A stretch of 63,884 nt of DNA, counting the filler, from Olpidium bornovanus S191 (Eukaryota > Fungi > Olpidiomycota), in the NCBI GenBank assembly GCA_017911155.1. It is 28 parts of 28 records of this genome, joined end to end, with 100 filler letters (N's around TTAATTAATTAA, not from the genome) between each part and the next. Parts side by side here need not be neighbours in the genome. Positions count along the whole stretch, not along the records: positions 22,842 to 24,367 come from JAEFCI010001275.1; positions 24,468 to 27,089 come from JAEFCI010002327.1; positions 27,190 to 30,459 come from JAEFCI010000729.1; positions 30,560 to 32,249 come from JAEFCI010009084.1; positions 32,350 to 33,740 come from JAEFCI010010065.1; positions 33,841 to 37,694 come from JAEFCI010005201.1; 22 more parts are not named here. One strand, given 5' to 3'. Shown in pieces: positions 23,647 to 34,413 of the stretch (its first letter is position 1; every line of letters starts with the position of its first letter). Both the position numbers and the translations under genes were made by a program. The notes under the pieces are model-generated. The model was not told where the DNA came from and did not search any database. It saw only the letters and a list, made by a program, of their open reading frames with translations.

Positions 23647-24276
23647 ATGGCAGAAAGCGGAGGAGAGGCGCTGGCGGGGACGAGGAGGCGTGCCGCGGGA
23701 ACGAGTAGAGGCAGCGGAGGCGGAGCCGGGAGGTGGCGGCAGCGAAGAACCACGGCTGCGCGGTGTCGAACGAACTCTCGGGAGTTCGTCCTGTCGGCTT
23801 TGATTGCCCTGCTGTGCCTGTTACGCCACTGCCCGCAAGCCCCGTCGTGGTCGGGAGCTTGCGCTTTCGCAGCAGCCGCGGCGGAGACCCCCGGCGAAAG
23901 CGTTTCCGACTATGGGAGCGGCGGCAACGGCGTCGGCACCGGGGGCAGCGTGCTGCTCTTTGAGCGGGAAGCGGGCCCGAGCGGCGCCGCGGGGACCGGG
24001 GGTGGAGACGATGCCGAGCTCGGCGTGGACCGGCAGCACGCGAGCAGCGGGGACCCCGCGGGCCCGGACCCGCGGACCCAGCTTCACCGCCCGACGAGGC
24101 TGAGGTTCACCGAGGGAGGGAGGAAGTTCCTCGCTGGCCTCCAACCGCCCTTCGCCTTCGTGTCCGCGGTGGGCGACACGCGGACCGGCAAATCCACCCT
24201 TCTTTCGAACGCGTTCCTGCGCGGAAACCACAGCGTGTTCCCGACGGGCACCGGCGTGGTCTCGCACACTCGCGGG
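23647..24276 (+). CDS. Guanylate-binding protein (GBP)/atlastin-family GTPase, first exon, with N-terminal hydrophobic segment
   Basis: PFAFVSAVGDTRTGKSTLL (GxxRxGKS G1 motif) and FPTGTGVVSHTRG (compare hGBP1 GLYRTGKS and FSLGSTVQSHTKG); FVLSALIALLCLL at about residues 47-59. Confidence 0.8.
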
Positions 24277-24309
24277 GTTCACGCGACGACGACGCCGAAG
24301 GGGAGGAGA

Positions 24310-24361
<52 letters not shown>

Positions 24362-24467
24362 ATTGCCNNNNNNNNNNNNNNNNNNNNNNNNNNNNNNNNN
24401 NNNNNNNNNNNTTAATTAATTAANNNNNNNNNNNNNNNNNNNNNNNNNNNNNNNNNNNNNNNNNNNN

Positions 24468-24845
24468 ACATGCACCCAAGCCTTGCAACCGAAGGGTTTC
24501 AGGTTTGAGATGTTTGGCTTGCATCCCAGGAAGTGCTCATAAGGAGTTTTTGGAAATCTTGTCCTGTTCCTGAAGTACACAGCTGCCTTTGCAGCCAAAG
24601 TCCAGAGATTCTCAGGCGTTCCTGCTTGCAGACTGATAGCTCTCATTGTTTCCAGGATGCTCCTATTCTTCCTTTCTGCCCCCCCATTGTCTTGAGGCGT
24701 TGATGGGGCTTTGATGATATGGTCAATCCCCTGTTCCCTGAGGAAGTTCTTGAATGCGATAGAGGTGTATTCGCCTCCACCTATCTGGGAGCTTTGAGCT
24801 TTTGTCCGGCAGCACGCTCCATCCAGGTGTTGAGATATCGCTGTG
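24468..24845 (-). mobile_element. Ty1/copia integrase core fragment, frameshifted and cut by a satellite
   Basis: GGGEYTSIAFKNFLREQGIDH...TPQDNGGAERKNRSILETMR...LWTLAAKAAVYFRNR...KTPYE...PNISNLKPFGCKAWVH; the upstream WMERAAGQKLKA is in a shifted frame. Confidence 0.92.
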
Positions 24846-26018
24846 CCAATCGTCAATTGCCAATTGCCAATCGTCAATTGTCAATTGTCAATCGTCAATT
24901 GCCAATTGCCAATCGTCAATTTCCAATTGTCCATTGTCAATTGCCAATTGCCAATTGTCAATTGCCAATTGCCAATCGTCAATTGCCAATTGCCCATTGT
25001 CAATTGCCAATTGCCAATTGCCCATTGTCAATTGCCAATTGCCAATTGCCCATCGTCAATTGCCGATTGCCAATCGCCAATTGTCAATCGTCAATTGCCA
25101 ATTGCCAATCGCCAATTGCCCATCGTCAATTGCCAATTGCCAATTGCCAATCATCAATTGCCAATTGCCAATTGCCCATCGTCAATTGCCAATTGCCAAT
25201 TGCCCATCGTCAATTGCCGATTGCCAATCGCCAATTGCCGATCGGCAATGGCCAATTGCCAATTGCCAATGGCCAATCGTCAATTGCCAAATGCCAATTG
25301 CCAATCGTGAATCGCCAATTGCCAATTGCCAATCGTCAATCGTCAATTGCCAAATGCCAATTGCCAATCGTCAATTGCCAAATGCCAATTGCCAATCGTT
25401 AATCGTCAATTGCCAATTGCCAATCGTCAATCGTCAATTGCCAATCGTCAATCGTCATTTGCCAATTGCCAATCGTCAATTGCCAATTGTCCATCGTCAA
25501 TTGCCAATTGCCAATCGTCAATTGCCAATTGCCAATCGTCAATTGCCAATTGTCCATCGTCAATTGCCAATTGCCAATCGTCAATTGCCAATTGTCCATC
25601 GTCAATTGCCAATTGCCAATCATCAATTGCCAATTGTCCATCGTCAATTGACAATTGCCAATCGTCAATTGCCAATTGTCCATTGTCCATCGTCCAATTG
25701 TCAATCGTCAATTGTCAATTGTCAATTATAATTGTCAATTGTCAATCATCAATTGTCACTTATCGATCGTCAATTGTCAATTACTAATCATCAATTGTCA
25801 ATTATCCATCGTCAGTTGTCAATTCTTGATCGTCAATTGTCAATTATCAATCGTCGATCATAAATTACCGATCGTCAATTATCAATTGTCAATTATCTAT
25901 CATCAATTATCAATTGTCAATTAACGATCTTGAATTGTTAATTGGCAATTGTCATATTTGTCAAATGCCAATTGTCGTTAGTTGTCAATTGTCTATTGTC
26001 GTCAGTTGTCAATTGTCA
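24846..26018. repeat. Heptanucleotide satellite (CAATTGC, CAATCGT, CAATTGT, CCATCGT and variants), about 1.17 kb
   Basis: Continuous 7-bp periodicity that decays rightwards into AT-richer variants (CAATTAT, CAATCAT). Confidence 0.97.
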
Positions 26019-27189
26019 AGCCGCACCCGGTGTCAAGCCCCGCCCTGGCCCACCAAAAACCAAAAAAAAACAAACACCTCGGAAAACCCGTAAACCCCGC
26101 CCTGGTACCTGCCCTCTGCCCCCTCTGCGAGGTTTCAGGTTGAAAGGGGGGTGGGGGAGTTCGGGTTCAAGGGGGGCCCAGAGGTTCGGGTTGAAGGGGG
26201 CAGGAGGTTCGGGTTGAAGGGGGGCGGGAGGGGCGGGGGGAGGGTTGAAGGAGGGGATAGGGGGGGGGGGGGCGGCTCGGAAAGTTTGGAAAGGAGGGGG
26301 GTTGGCCAGAAGAAAATTCCCCGAGAGGGGAAGTTCAACGGAACGAGGCACCCCAGGGGAACTTCACCGGAAAGGGAGCCCCCTTGGAAACAGACCAATG
26401 AAAACCAGAATAACGTAACAGGGGCTTTTTTCCTTTTTAAGCTTAACCTAAACCTAATACTCGATGAGTACTTAGCGCCCACCTGGCTTTTTTTACGGTT
26501 TATACCAGGGTAACCCTGGCAATTGTATTCGCCGTCTGGCTCTGGATCTGAAGACTAGGTCTGGAGTACTCAGAGTACAGAATTCTGGAAATATCTTGGG
26601 AAATCTGTAGCTCTAAAGGTACGTGTTATATGCACTTTGTATAGGCGCGGCCGCCAGAGCTGGCGCCGTAGCGGATATGTGGTGTGTGGGCGTGTGTGTG
26701 CGCAGTACTGCAAGTACCGGTGCGCACCATCCGGTGCGCAATATCCGGTGCACAATATGTGGTACACAATGTCCGGTATTGTGGCTCCGGCACTGGCGTT
26801 GCGCTCTGAAATGCTCCAATACGGGAATACGCCGCAGGCTCGGAAATACTCCGAAATCCAAAGCGTGGTGGAAATTTGCCGTTATTACGGCTCGGGCACC
26901 ACCACACTGGTGAGCCCACGCCTGGTGAGCCCACACCTCGTGAGCCCACGCACACTGCTGGCGCCACCACACTGGTGGGCCCGCACACACACACCGTTCT
27001 CGGTCTTGATCTAGGTCTGGGGGTCACGTGACGTCGCGACTAGACACACTGGCGTGTCTAGTGATCTCGGCGATTCTCGGGTCACATGANNNNNNNNNNN
27101 NNNNNNNNNNNNNNNNNNNNNNNNNNNNNNNNNTTAATTAATTAANNNNNNNNNNNNNNNNNNNNNNNNNNNNNNNNNNNNNNNNNNNN

Positions 27190-29364
27190 CTCAAAAAAAA
27201 AAAAAAAGACCCGCTGATCCCGCTGATTTCCGCCGCGAATTGGTACGCGGTCGCCCGGGAAGGCGTCTCCTCGTGCAGGTCTGCAGCAGCATCCCAAGGT
27301 GCGATCGGCGCGGCACGTTCCCGACGAGGGTTTCCCGCGAAATTGAGCCCGGTTTCGGGTTATTCTCACCTGCGCGCCATACGGGGTGGACAGCACGGGA
27401 CCTTACCGCCGATGTGCAGCCTTTGGTGTTCCGCCTTCGGAAATCCGGTAGGGGACCGCGGCAATCCGGCGAGCGGCTGAGATCGGTCGGTAATCGAGCT
27501 GCGCTAACCCCTTTCTCCCCCTCCTTTTTTTTTTCTTTTTGTTCCGCGGAGATCAGCCGCGGCGGGGGAGCGTTCGTCGTCAACTGAAGTCCCTTCGGGA
27601 ACGTTGGAAGATCTAGTCTACCAGATGATCGTGTATCCGGACTCAGGTAGTCGGCCCCTGGAGGTGTATCCGGAGCATCGCGGCCCGTGATCGCTGAATC
27701 GAGCACGCCCGCAGGTTTTGCCTTAGTGGACGTCATCCTAGCAACATACCGCCTGTTTGCCACCGGGGAGGAACTGTGCAGTTTGCTGTTGAGCTGGTTT
27801 CACGCCAAAACCGACTCGACCTCGGCGGAAGAGGGCCGGAGCTATTTTGCGCGTAACGCGGTTGCCATCAGGTCTCGTACCGTCCGAATAATCTGCCGCT
27901 GGGTGGTGAAGTACTGGGCCGAGGACTTCCTCCCGGACCGGACCCTGGAAACAACTGTCGTTTCGTTTGCCAAGGGGTTGAAGGACATCGACGAACACTA
28001 CGTGGACCACGTCAGGCTGCAGGACGCCATCAACACGCAGACGATGCTCGTGCTCGGCCAGACGTACGTGACTCCGGTGGCGCAGGTGCCGTCGACCGCC
28101 GAGAGCGTGGTTCACGCGGACCCCAAGAGGAAACTCGTGCTCTCCGTGGACCCCGGCGCCATCGCCGCACAGCTCTCGCTGGCAGAGCAGAGGGTTTATT
28201 CCAACGTCCGCCCGGCGGGAGCGTTGGCGCTCGTTAGCTTGCCGCGACAGGATCAGGCCGGACTCAGGGACTCCCGGCTGCGACCCCTCTTCGAGTACGC
28301 CTCGTGGTTCAGGCGCGTAGCCATGTGGGTGACGGGCAGCATTTGTCAGGAGCCGGCGGTGAAGTCCAGGGCTTTCGTCATAAAGAGGTTTGTCAAGATT
28401 GCAAAGGTAAACTTACGGGGTGCTCGCGCCTCCGCCCGCCTGCGGGTAAGCATCGCAAGGTTGACTAAACCAAGAAAAAAAACATAAAATGAAATAAAAT
28501 AAAATAAAAAAAAAATAAAAAAACCTCGGGGCGGCCCGTTTTTTCGGACGCAGCGCTGTCTCGATCTTCGGAACTACGGGTCCACGGCTTCTATTCTGTA
28601 CGGCCTCAAACGGCCTGTCATCATGCAGATGGCCGGCGCCTGGAAGCTCCTGGAACCGAAGCACCTGCTCATGTTCCGCGAGATAGACAGGCTGTTGCAC
28701 CCCGGGGATAACTATTCGAATTACCGCGACCGCTGGTCGCGCGCGCTCGACTCGGGAAGCGCCGCCGCGCCTCCGGGAGAACGCGGAGACGGGACGGACC
28801 CGGCGGCGAAGAGCGGCGACGCCGCCCCGCCTTCCATCCCTTTCTTGGGTCAGTGGCGACCGGGCGCTCATCTCGTTTTTTTTTTTTTTTTTTTTTTTTT
28901 TGTTTGGTCTATGAAACATCCCCCCAGCTTTCTCCGAAGTGTGCGTCCACCTCAAAACCTGACCAGCGAGCTTCCAATTTTCCCTTCCTCTTTTTTTTTT
29001 TTTTTTTTTTTTTTCGTTTCGTTCTTTTGGGGCCTCAGCGGCGCACATTCAGCTGATCTGGGCGATCTGGTCGGACCCGCCGCCGGTCGACGCCGGGATC
29101 GTGGACGGCGGCCGGCTTGCCGCGGTGCACCGCGTCGTCGAGAGGCTGGAGAGGGAGAGAAGGCACGACTGGCGGGCCAGCGTGCCCGAGGACGCCACCG
29201 CCAACCTCCTGGCGCACATCGACTCCGTGCGGCCCGACACCGCCGAGACGCCGGCCGCCGCCCCATCTGCCGCCGCCGCCGGCGGCGGCGGCGGCTTCGG
29301 CGCAAGCCGCAGGTTCGGGTCCGCGCTGCTGCTGTCGGCCGCCGGGAGGGCCGGCAAAACGTAA
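27190..29364 (+). CDS. Ras guanine-nucleotide exchange factor (REM plus CDC25 domains), multi-exon, 5' partial
   Basis: SGTLEDLVYQM, VDVILATYRLFATGEELCSLL, RTVRIICRWVVKYWAEDF, IAAQLSLAEQRVY, RVAMWVTGSICQE...RAFVIKRFVKIAK|RCLDLRNYGS, NYSNYR and SIPFL. Confidence 0.92.
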
Positions 29365-29994
29365 AAGAAGAGAAGGAAAAAAAAAAAAAAAAAAATGAAA
29401 AAGAAGAAGGGGAAAAGAGGAAGGCGCCGGCCGTGCGCGGGCTTTTTAATTGTTCCGCTCCCCCCCCCTCCTCCCCCTTCCCCCCGCGCGCGCCGGCGCC
29501 GGCCGCAGATTTCTTCACTTGCAAACCACGCAGCCTGCCGTTGTACCCCCCCCGTTCGAGAGCCGCAACACGCGCCGTCGGCACTTTTCTTTTCCCCTCT
29601 TTTTCTCTCTCTTTATTTATTTATTTATTTATTTTTTTTCTACGTTGGCCGTCTGCGGGTCCCAAAGACGAAACCTCTGCTGTACTGCAGGTCAAAAAAA
29701 GTGTAACGGCCGGGTCACGAGCAGAAGCAGTGCCGAAAGTGCCGGCAGCCGATTTTGATTTTTTGATAATTTCGCGGGAGAGCGGGGGGGAGGGGGAGTG
29801 CGGCGGGGAAGGGAAAGGTCGGGAGGGGAAAGACCGATTCCTCGGAAACGTTTAATGATTTTACAGCCGGTTTTCCCCCGGCTTCGAAACCCAACCTTCC
29901 CCTCGCCCCGCCGCCGCCCACCCCCCGTTCCCTTCCCGATATGCAGAACAAAACAAAAAAAAAAAAAAAGATAAACCGTCCCCCGCAAACGCAT

Positions 29995-30356
29995 CTATTC
30001 AGACGAGCTCAGCTCCCCGGATGACGGCGGGTGCCACTGCTGCGCGGGGACGGCGGCGACAGGCATGGCGGCGGCCGCCTGCACCGCGTACTGGGGCGCC
30101 TGGCCCGCGATCGCCGGGAACTGCGGCACCGCCGCCGCGGTGAACGCCTGGCCGCCGAGGACGAAGCCCGCCACGGCGCTGTGCTGGTGCTGCTGCTGGT
30201 GCTGCTGCTGGGCCGCGGCGGCGTACTGCTGGTACTGCTGCAGCTGCTGGATCTGCTGGTAATATGCAGCCGTCGCGGCCGCCGGGTCCGTCGTCGTCGC
30301 GTACTGAGGGTAGTAGTACTGCACGGCGGCGGTCGGCTGTTCCGTTTCCTGAGGAG
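29995..30356 (-). CDS. Terminal exon of an unidentified protein with a Q/Y/A-rich low-complexity region
   Basis: Open frame QYYYPQYATT...YYQQIQQLQQYQQYAAAAQQQHQQQH with GC3-rich codons and a stop at 29995-29997. Confidence 0.6.
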
Positions 30357-30417
<61 letters not shown>

Positions 30418-30559
30418 GAGGGGGGGGGAAAAAAAAAAAAAAGAAGGGGGGGGCGAAAANNNNNNNNNNNNNNNNNNNNNNNNNNNNNNNNNNNNNNNNN
30501 NNNTTAATTAATTAANNNNNNNNNNNNNNNNNNNNNNNNNNNNNNNNNNNNNNNNNNNN

Positions 30560-30948
30560 CCCCCCCCCGGCTCTATAGAATTGGATTGTATTATCGTTAT
30601 TCGTATTTTGGTTATTAATCCCAAAGCGGGCCCTCGGTTTCGTACAGAGATTCAATGAAAAAGCGCCCCCCCCCGGCTCTATAGCATTGGATTGTATTAT
30701 CGTTATTCGTATTTTGGTTATTAATCCCAAAGCGGGCCCCCTTCCCGGCTCTATAGAATTGGATTGTATTATCGTTATTCGTATTTTGGTTATTAATCCC
30801 AAAGCGGGCCCTCGGTTTCGTACAGAGATTCAATGAAAAAGCGCCCCCCCCCGGCTCTGTAGCATTGGATTGTATTATCGTTATTCGTATTTTGGTTATT
30901 AATCCCAAAGCGGGCCCTCGGTTTCGTACAGAGATTCAATGAAAGCGC
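30560..30948. repeat. Composite tandem repeat: ~67-bp A units and ~40-bp B units with 178-bp higher-order periodicity
   Basis: Order A(GAATT)-B-A(GCATT)-A(GAATT)-B-A(GCATT)-B; equivalent positions are 30569/30747 and 30675/30853. Confidence 0.92.
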
Positions 30949-32962
30949 GCCAACTATCGTAATCGTTAGGGCCGAAAACAAAGGGTCATATAGATTAGAG
31001 CGACCGTGGGCCTAGTGCGCTCTCAGAATGGGGGGGGAAAATAAAGGAGGGGGAGGCTGAGCCGCGGACGCACTGCGCGCGCAAACCCCGGTTGCCCCTT
31101 TGTTGAGTCCTTAGATCTCTGCCCACGCAGCGCTAAAGAAGCAACGCCGCGAATGCAGTTTCCCTTCTGCCCTTCCTCTCGCCGGCTCACCGCGTCTCCG
31201 TCCGCGGGTTCTCGGGCTTCTCCTGGTTCTACTCCCCCGTTCTATTAACCCCCCCCCCCCCCCCCCCCCCCTTTACCCCTCACGCGGCGGAAACTTTTTA
31301 TTTCTTGTTTTTTAATAAGTGACGGCGCCCCGGTTCGATCGCGGGTTTCACGCGAGACGTTTTTTTTTGTTTTTCCTGCGCCCGTTCTACCTTCTGGTTC
31401 CTTTTTGCGCCTCTCTTTACAACTTTTTTTTTTTCGCTTTTTCCTTTTCGCCGCCGTTTTGTTCTTTTTTATTAATTTTTTTTTCCTCCTTCCGTTCTGC
31501 GTCGATCCGGCGCCGGTCTGCCCTGTTTGGTGGGAGAGGGGGAAAGGGAAAAAAGGGAAAAGGAGGGGGTGCCGCGAGGGTGTTACGCCGGCTCTCCCTT
31601 TGCCACAGCAGCGGTCCCAAACGCGCAACGCGTGATCCTGAGCACACACGGGCCCCCCCGCACTTTCGCGAACTTCGGCCCGCCGGTAATCTTGGCCTCC
31701 CGGGTGATCCAAAATTTCCCTCAAACCCGCCCCGAAAAGGGAAAGCCCCGTCGCCGCCCCCTTCGGTTCGGTCGCCGTCCGTTTCTCGCCCGTCAACGGC
31801 CCTCCCCGCGGAGAACGGAGAGCGAGCAAGTGGGTCCGGCCGGAGCGTATTCGGCCTTCCTTTTGCACACCGACGGCACGCGTGGCCGCTCGGTCCGGGC
31901 AGCGAACACCGCTCGTTGGGGAGGCGCATCATCAGCAACAGACTGCTGGCGAATCGGAACCGGACTCGTCGAGGACGAATCTCGTCGAGTTCCAGAAAAG
32001 CGCGACTCCTTTTCGGTTTTGCGAGAAACTTTGGTATGCTGATTTTGAACTCTTTCGCCGTCCCATTTCCGCACCGCAAGACTTTTGCACCGTTGTTCGG
32101 GAAACGCCTTCGCCATCCGGCGGTCGCACATGAGCTGCGCCCGCCAGGGAGAACGGAAAATATCCGCGGTATCGGTAGGCGAGCAAGGAGAACGCAGCCG
32201 GACACAATAGAATGACCGTGAAGACATTGTTGCAGAAAGCGAGAGCGTANNNNNNNNNNNNNNNNNNNNNNNNNNNNNNNNNNNNNNNNNNNNTTAATTA
32301 ATTAANNNNNNNNNNNNNNNNNNNNNNNNNNNNNNNNNNNNNNNNNNNNCATGAACGGGGAGCGTAACACTCCTGCAGGTATTTACGAAAGCCCCCGACG
32401 CCGGTTGGCTCTCCCGCCCAATTGTGCCAACGCGTACGCACGGCCGAGTAACTAAGCGCACTCCTTCTCAACCACCGGCCCTCCCCGCGCTTCAAACACT
32501 CATTCGGCGTGCGGTTTTACCTCTAAAAAAAACCAGCACTTTCCGAGGCCCGGGAGAGGGGTGGGGGCTAAAGGGCCCGGACATATACGCGACACGGTCA
32601 AACGAGATTACCAAAGGGGGAAGTTAATACTTTTGATGCACGTAAGAAAAGGAAACAAAAACAAAAAAAAAATCCCCGGTCGGGGAAGGGGTCAAGAAAG
32701 AAAGCGAATATATGCGGTAGTGAGGAGGAGGGGGGGATACCTCGGGAGGGATTACCCTACTATCGAAGTGTTTCCGATACAATCGAATCCTGTGCATGGA
32801 ATTAAAAAGAAGAGGAAGTCTATTTGCGACGATCAAAGAAAGAAGGCGAATATATGCGGTAGTGAGGGGGGGGGTACCTCGGAAGGGGTTACCCTACTTT
32901 TAAAGTGTTTCCGTTCAAATCGAATCCTGTGCATGGAAGCAAAAAAAACAAAAAAAGGAAGT

Positions 32963-33740
32963 CTATTTGCGGCGGACCTCGGTGAACCCGTCCGCGTCTT
33001 TAGCAGCGGGTTCCTCCGCGGCTTTCCTGGCTGCGCGGTCGCGCCAGCCGCCGGCCTTGCTGGTGCCGAACAGCGGCCGTGAACTTCCGCTCCCTGTGGA
33101 AGCCAGCGACTCCGACGAGCCTCTCAGTGACGACGACGACGGCGCTGCGGCGACAGTGTTGTTACCAGCCGTCGAGGTCCCAAGCTTCTCGCGCGACTCC
33201 CGGCGCCAAGACCCAGAGTCGGCGCTCGAGGGAGACGAAAAGTCCCTGCGGGGCAGGGACGGGGAGGCCCCCCCGCCCTGGCCACGGTGCGGAGGGACGT
33301 ATTTACCCGCTGATGCCGCCGAAAAGGCGGCAGGTTCCGCAGAAGCCGGAGGAGTGTTCCGCGAAGACGTGGAACTCCGCGACTGTTCGGCCAGCTTCCT
33401 CTCGATTTCTGCGTCCCTGGCACGCTGCCGCTCAAACTGCTCCGCAAGTTTCCTTAAAACGTGAGAAAACGGGAAGGTCAGCGCGACGGCGGCGGGAGAA
33501 ACGCGGCTCGCACCGTCGAACACGTACCTTTGGCGTTCTGCGTCCTCTTCCTGCTCTTTCGCTAACCTGGTCTGCCTTTCAGCTTCTATCGCGGCCGCCT
33601 CCTCCTTGCGCCTCCTTTCCTCCTCCTCGCGTTGGGCGCGGTCGCGTTCTGCCTCCTTCTCGCGCCGAACGCGCTCGCGCTCCGCCTCCTCAGCTGCGCG
33701 CGCCGCTTCCGCCTTCAGCTCGCGGTGGCGGGCACGGCGG
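32963..33740 (-). CDS. Translation initiation factor eIF3 subunit a-like C-terminus (charged coiled coil and R/G/P-rich tail); 5' partial
   Basis: E/R/K helical exon, an intron, then RKLAEQFERQRARDAEIERKLAE...GKYVPPHRG...WRDR...DADGFTEVRRK-stop, typical of fungal eIF3a tails. Confidence 0.65.
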
Positions 33741-34413
33741 NNNNNNNNNNNNNNNNNNNNNNNNNNNNNNNNNNNNNNNNNNNNTTAATTAATTAANNNN
33801 NNNNNNNNNNNNNNNNNNNNNNNNNNNNNNNNNNNNNNNNAGTTGTTGCTGTTCCGTGCTTGAAAACCGGGGATATATTTATTTACTGGGAAGGGAATTG
33901 GAGGTAAAGGGGGGAATATAATCCAGCGGGGGCCGAGGGGGAAAAAGCGTTTGCAGCATGAGTGAGCGGGTGAGCGAGCGGGTGTGTAATTGTGTGAAAG
34001 TGGTAAGGCGGGTTATCAATAAGGGTATGGTGTGTGTGTGTTAGTGTGTGTGTAAATGTGTGTGTGTGTGTGTCTCCGCTGTTTGCTGGCGTTTTCGTTT
34101 TCGGTGTGTGCGTCTGTGGCGGGAGGGAGGGAATGCGCCGTGTGGGGGGGGGGGTAATAAGAAGAGCGGACGGCAGAAAATAAACAAATAAATAAATAAA
34201 AGAAAAATAAAAAGGCGGTAGGATGTGAAAAAAATAAATGCGGAATTAGAAAAAGTGTGAGAGACCTGGAAAAAAAATCCGGTCCCCAGCGCGCCATCCC
34301 CCAGCCCTCCGGTGTCCCATGGGCGGGAGGGGGAGACAAACGGGGGGGGGGGGGGGAAGGTGGGGAGAGCCGGGTTACTTGTGGACGTGCCCGTCGGCCG
34401 CCGGAGAGCCGGG

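Noticed and set aside
24719-25924. Long ORFs of IANCQLP/IVNCQLS repeats as real proteins
   Set aside because: All frames give the same peptide because the 7-bp unit lacks stops; there is no codon-position bias or unique domain.
30560-30948. CRISPR array
   Set aside because: The intervening segments are themselves repeated rather than unique spacers, the units are too long, no cas genes are present, and the context is eukaryotic.
31417-32227. Overlapping minus-strand ORFs as a nameable gene
   Set aside because: Three frames are open with no recognisable motif; I could not choose a frame or product.
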